NCBI GenBank assembly: GCA_001662655.1
Contig: KV460209.1
Source of the DNA: Pseudogymnoascus verrucosus
Taxonomy: Eukaryota
Length of the DNA stretch: 64,000 nt
Strand: one strand, 5' to 3'
Below, piece by piece: positions 61,154-64,000 of the stretch. The position numbers were made by a program, and so were the translations under genes. The notes under the pieces are model-generated. The model was given only the letters and a program-made list of their open reading frames with translations, did not search any database and was not told the origin of the DNA. Positions within the stretch are counted from its first letter, which is position 1. Every line of letters begins with the position of its first letter.

Positions 61154-64000
61154 ATGCCCATTTACTCAAACCTCTACTCCAATCTCGCACGTCAGGGGTT
61201 CGCCAAAACATTTCACCACGGATACGCCCAGTCACTCGTTGCTGCGACACACCCGTCCTCCTACCCGAACCAGCACAACCGCAGCGCGTTCGCTCGTCGC
61301 CACAACAGTGTTGGGAAGCTCCACAGCTACCGCTTCAAGAATGCGTTTCACACCAGCGTAAATGCCTCGTCGGCGCTCACCCTCCAGCAGGATGTGCGAC
61401 CAGAGAGACTCAATACCGATGCGGGGCTAGACGCCTACTTCGATGCCTGGAAGAAACAGCACCCCGTCGGGGAGCCGGAGAAGGAATGGACACAATTCCA
61501 GTTCGCCAAGCGGATTGAGTGGAAGCCTTCGGTTCCAGAGGTCGAGGAGGTAACTGCAGAGGCAGTAGTCGCAAGCTATGAAGATCAGCGCCCGGGCTTG
61601 GAGAGATCCCAAAGCACGGGCGACCTTGATGGCCTAAGGAAGGCGCGCAGTGACACATTCGTTTCAGTCGAGGGATCGGGCGCTGTTACCCCGGAGGTCG
61701 CGCAGCAGATTAGAGACCTCCATATCAATGGATTGGAGCAGGTTGCTTCGGGGCTCGTAACACCTCCTATGAGCCTTGAGGATTTCCGCCGCTCGCCATT
61801 GTCGACCAGCTCCGTCACGACGACCTCGGACCTCCAATCCCAGAGCTACGCTGAGCACCTCACGAAGCTCTCTCAATCGCAGCGCTATGCCGAGATCCCC
61901 GCCGTTTTCGAGTCCATGCTTGTTGCTGGCATCAAGCCAGTCGCGGACTCATACAACGCGCTTCTCGACGCTGCTATCCACCTGCCTGCCGAAAGGATCC
62001 AGGTGGTTCCCAAGGCTCTCGATGTCTACTCCGACATGCTTCGCCGCAAGGTGGCACCCACCACCGCCACCTACAACACTCTCATCAACCTTCTCGCCTC
62101 CAGATCTCTCGAGGTCAACGAGTCCAAGAAGATGTTGGAGGAGAAGCGGGCCCGTTTCGGCGGTATGGAGCAGCCCGACAAGTTCATGCTCGCGTCCAGC
62201 GAGATGGAGTTCGACATCTTGTCCGAAGACGACAGGCTCGACTTTGCCGTCAAGATGTTCGATATCTCCATGAGGACCAACAAGGACCGCACTTACCCAG
62301 CAGAGACATACTTCAAGCTCATTTCAGCTTGCGCTGAGGCTGTTCGCGTCAACGATATGGCGCGCTTCTACGAGGACATGGAGTCGAAGAAGGTTATCCC
62401 TCTGGCTGCCACATTCCCATCGATGATCAAGGGATACGCAGCTTCCCGCGATCTCACCAGCGCTGTTGAGTGCTACAACGAATACAAGGACATTGCTGTT
62501 GCAGACAACTACGGACTGGTGGAACTTACTGACCGCCAGGATGCATTTGTCTACGCTGCTGTTGTGAAGGCGTACGTCGATTCCGACAAACTTCCCGGAG
62601 CGATCCGCTTTTACGAGAAGATTGTTGAGTCATCGAGCGCAAAGAACTCTGCAGTGAAGGACATAATCGTGTCACACGGACTTGTTCAGGGGCTGCTTGA
62701 CCGCGGTGTTCACGCCGAAGCTCTTAAGTGGGCTCAGGGCTTGAGCTTCGCACCCAAGGCCTCCGCCATGGGCAAGATTGCTGCTTCTGCAGCCGATGCT
62801 GGTAACACCCCAGTTGCTCTTTCAGCATTCGAGAACGTCCCTCTAGACAGCCAAAATGTTGCGGCTCCAGCCATGGCGCTGCTCGCTCTTAGCGTCCGCT
62901 CTGGAAACGTCGCCGAGGCCTCCAAGTACTGGCAGATTCTGTCTGCCCCTGGAATGGCCATTTCGCCTTCATTCATTGAGCCGACGGCCATGTATGCCAT
63001 CAGCATGATCGGATCTGGACAGGCTGCTATCGGACTCTCCCAGGCGGAGCAGATGTTCCAGCGCATCAGGGAATCTGCCTCTTCGCAGTCGTCGATTGCT
63101 GATGAGGTGGAGGAGGGCATGCTGCTTGTGGAGCAGTTCATGGGAAAGCGCGGCATTGTTGACCCCCGTACTATCGAGTCGCCTGTCGTCTACCAACAGC
63201 AGTTCCCAACACACTTCCAGGCGCCGGTTACTAGGCCATCATTCGAGGACTCATTCGATCCTTATGCTGCCTCTACCGACTTCAAGGGCTCGTCTCTCAT
63301 CGCTGATGAGCTTGAGAGGGGACTTACCTCCCGCGCGAAGGTTTCTCGTCTCAATGAGGCCCTGAACAGATTCCGCAACATCAGACGCGCTGGTCGCCAC
63401 CCACGCTACATCACATACGCCAAGCTAATTTCCGCTGCTGCGAGAGAGGAGCGCACCAACCTAGTCCACGATATTCTCGGCATGGCTAGGTCCGATGTTC
63501 CACTCCTGACCCAGTACCCTGTCGTCAGATACGGATGGGTGTCGATTCTGGATGCCATGGTCGGAGCCTGCCTCACGCTCGGCAACCGCACCTTGGCTGC
63601 CCAGTTCCACCAGGAGCTCCTCGACATGGGCGCTGCGCCGACCGCGAACACCTTCGGTCTGTACATCACCACTCTCAAGGAGTCGACCAAGACCTTCGAC
63701 GAGGCTTCCGAAGCCGTGAAGATCTTTCACCGCGCCAAGTCCGAGGGCGTCGAGCCTTCTTCCTTCCTCTACAATGCTCTCATCGGCAAGCTCGGAAAGG
63801 CCCGCCGCATCGATGACTGCCTCTTCTTCTTCGCGGAGATGCGCTCCCTCGGCATCCGCCCCACCAGCGTCACCTACGGCACGATCGTCAACGCGCTCTG
63901 CCGCGTCAGCGACGAGAAGTTCGCCGAAGAGCTGTTCGAGGAGATGGAGTCGATGCCTAACTACAAGGCTCGCCCTGCCCCTTACAACAGCCTCATGCAG
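61154..64000 (+). CDS. Large mitochondrial pentatricopeptide repeat (PPR) protein, truncated by the right edge
   Basis: Frame open from ATG 61154 to the window end, so absent from the ORF track. Presequence-like N-terminus. PPR motifs YNALLDA, YSDMLRRKVAPTTATYNTLI, EGVEPSSFLYNALIGKLGK, EMRSLGIRPTSVTYGTIVNALCR. Confidence 0.92.
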   Translation, partial: MPIYSNLYSNLARQGFAKTFHHGYAQSLVAATHPSSYPNQHNRSAFARRHNSVGKLHSYRFKNAFHTSVNASSALTLQQDVRPERLNTDAGLDAYFDAWKKQHPVGEPEKEWTQFQFAKRIEWKPSVPEVEEVTAEAVVASYEDQRPGLERSQSTGDLDGLRKARSDTFVSVEGSGAVTPEVAQQIRDLHINGLEQVASGLVTPPMSLEDFRRSPLSTSSVTTTSDLQSQSYAEHLTKLSQSQRYAEIPAVFESMLVAGIKPVADSYNALLDAAIHLPAERIQVVPKALDVYSDMLRRKVAPTTATYNTLINLLASRSLEVNESKKMLEEKRARFGGMEQPDKFMLASSEMEFDILSEDDRLDFAVKMFDISMRTNKDRTYPAETYFKLISACAEAVRVNDMARFYEDMESKKVIPLAATFPSMIKGYAASRDLTSAVECYNEYKDIAVADNYGLVELTDRQDAFVYAAVVKAYVDSDKLPGAIRFYEKIVESSSAKNSAVKDIIVSHGLVQGLLDRGVHAEALKWAQGLSFAPKASAMGKIAASAADAGNTPVALSAFENVPLDSQNVAAPAMALLALSVRSGNVAEASKYWQILSAPGMAISPSFIEPTAMYAISMIGSGQAAIGLSQAEQMFQRIRESASSQSSIADEVEEGMLLVEQFMGKRGIVDPRTIESPVVYQQQFPTHFQAPVTRPSFEDSFDPYAASTDFKGSSLIADELERGLTSRAKVSRLNEALNRFRNIRRAGRHPRYITYAKLISAAAREERTNLVHDILGMARSDVPLLTQYPVVRYGWVSILDAMVGACLTLGNRTLAAQFHQELLDMGAAPTANTFGLYITTLKESTKTFDEASEAVKIFHRAKSEGVEPSSFLYNALIGKLGKARRIDDCLFFFAEMRSLGIRPTSVTYGTIVNALCRVSDEKFAEELFEEMESMPNYKARPAPYNSLMQ

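Noticed and set aside
61410..63816. Short ORFs on both strands within the PPR gene
   Set aside because: Shadow frames of the long plus-strand PPR ORF that runs off the window.
1..64000. tRNA, rRNA or snoRNA genes
   Set aside because: None recognised by eye; tRNAscan-SE and Infernal would be needed to exclude them.

Overview
Eukaryotic DNA from a filamentous ascomycete: short GT-AG introns with CTAAC-type branch points and RIP-like decay. Gene style suggests a Leotiomycete, but that is inference only. The window has two compartments. (1) About 1-29.8 kb is gene-sparse and accessory-like. It holds a redox/detox-type group (AhpD/CMD-like gene cut by the left edge, cytochrome P450, DHA2 MFS pump, secreted GMC oxidoreductase, Ure2-like GST), a maltose-permease-like transporter, a 3-exon secreted cyanovirin-N-like (CVNH) gene and an NmrA-like gene. 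Between them is debris: a kinase-like fragment, a decayed NLR-type TPR array, a TA-flanked MITE, a RIP-decayed Fot1/pogo transposon, three small dispersed repeat families, and a perfect 29-bp hairpin with telomere repeat in its loop. (2) About 29.8-64 kb is a dense core block, often in head-to-head pairs and rich in RNA-metabolism genes: PQ-loop transporter, WDR79/TCAB1, candidate Zip2/SHOC1, NUP49, FIP1, XAP5, pseudouridine-phosphatase-like HAD, TTC1-like TPR, GPAT/DHAPAT, POP4, a Tc1-type HTH-only ORF, NMD3, ESF2, ALDH, ERG8, and a mitochondrial PPR gene running off the right edge with two uORFs. Exon boundaries were read by eye and family calls come from recalled motifs. No database search was run.
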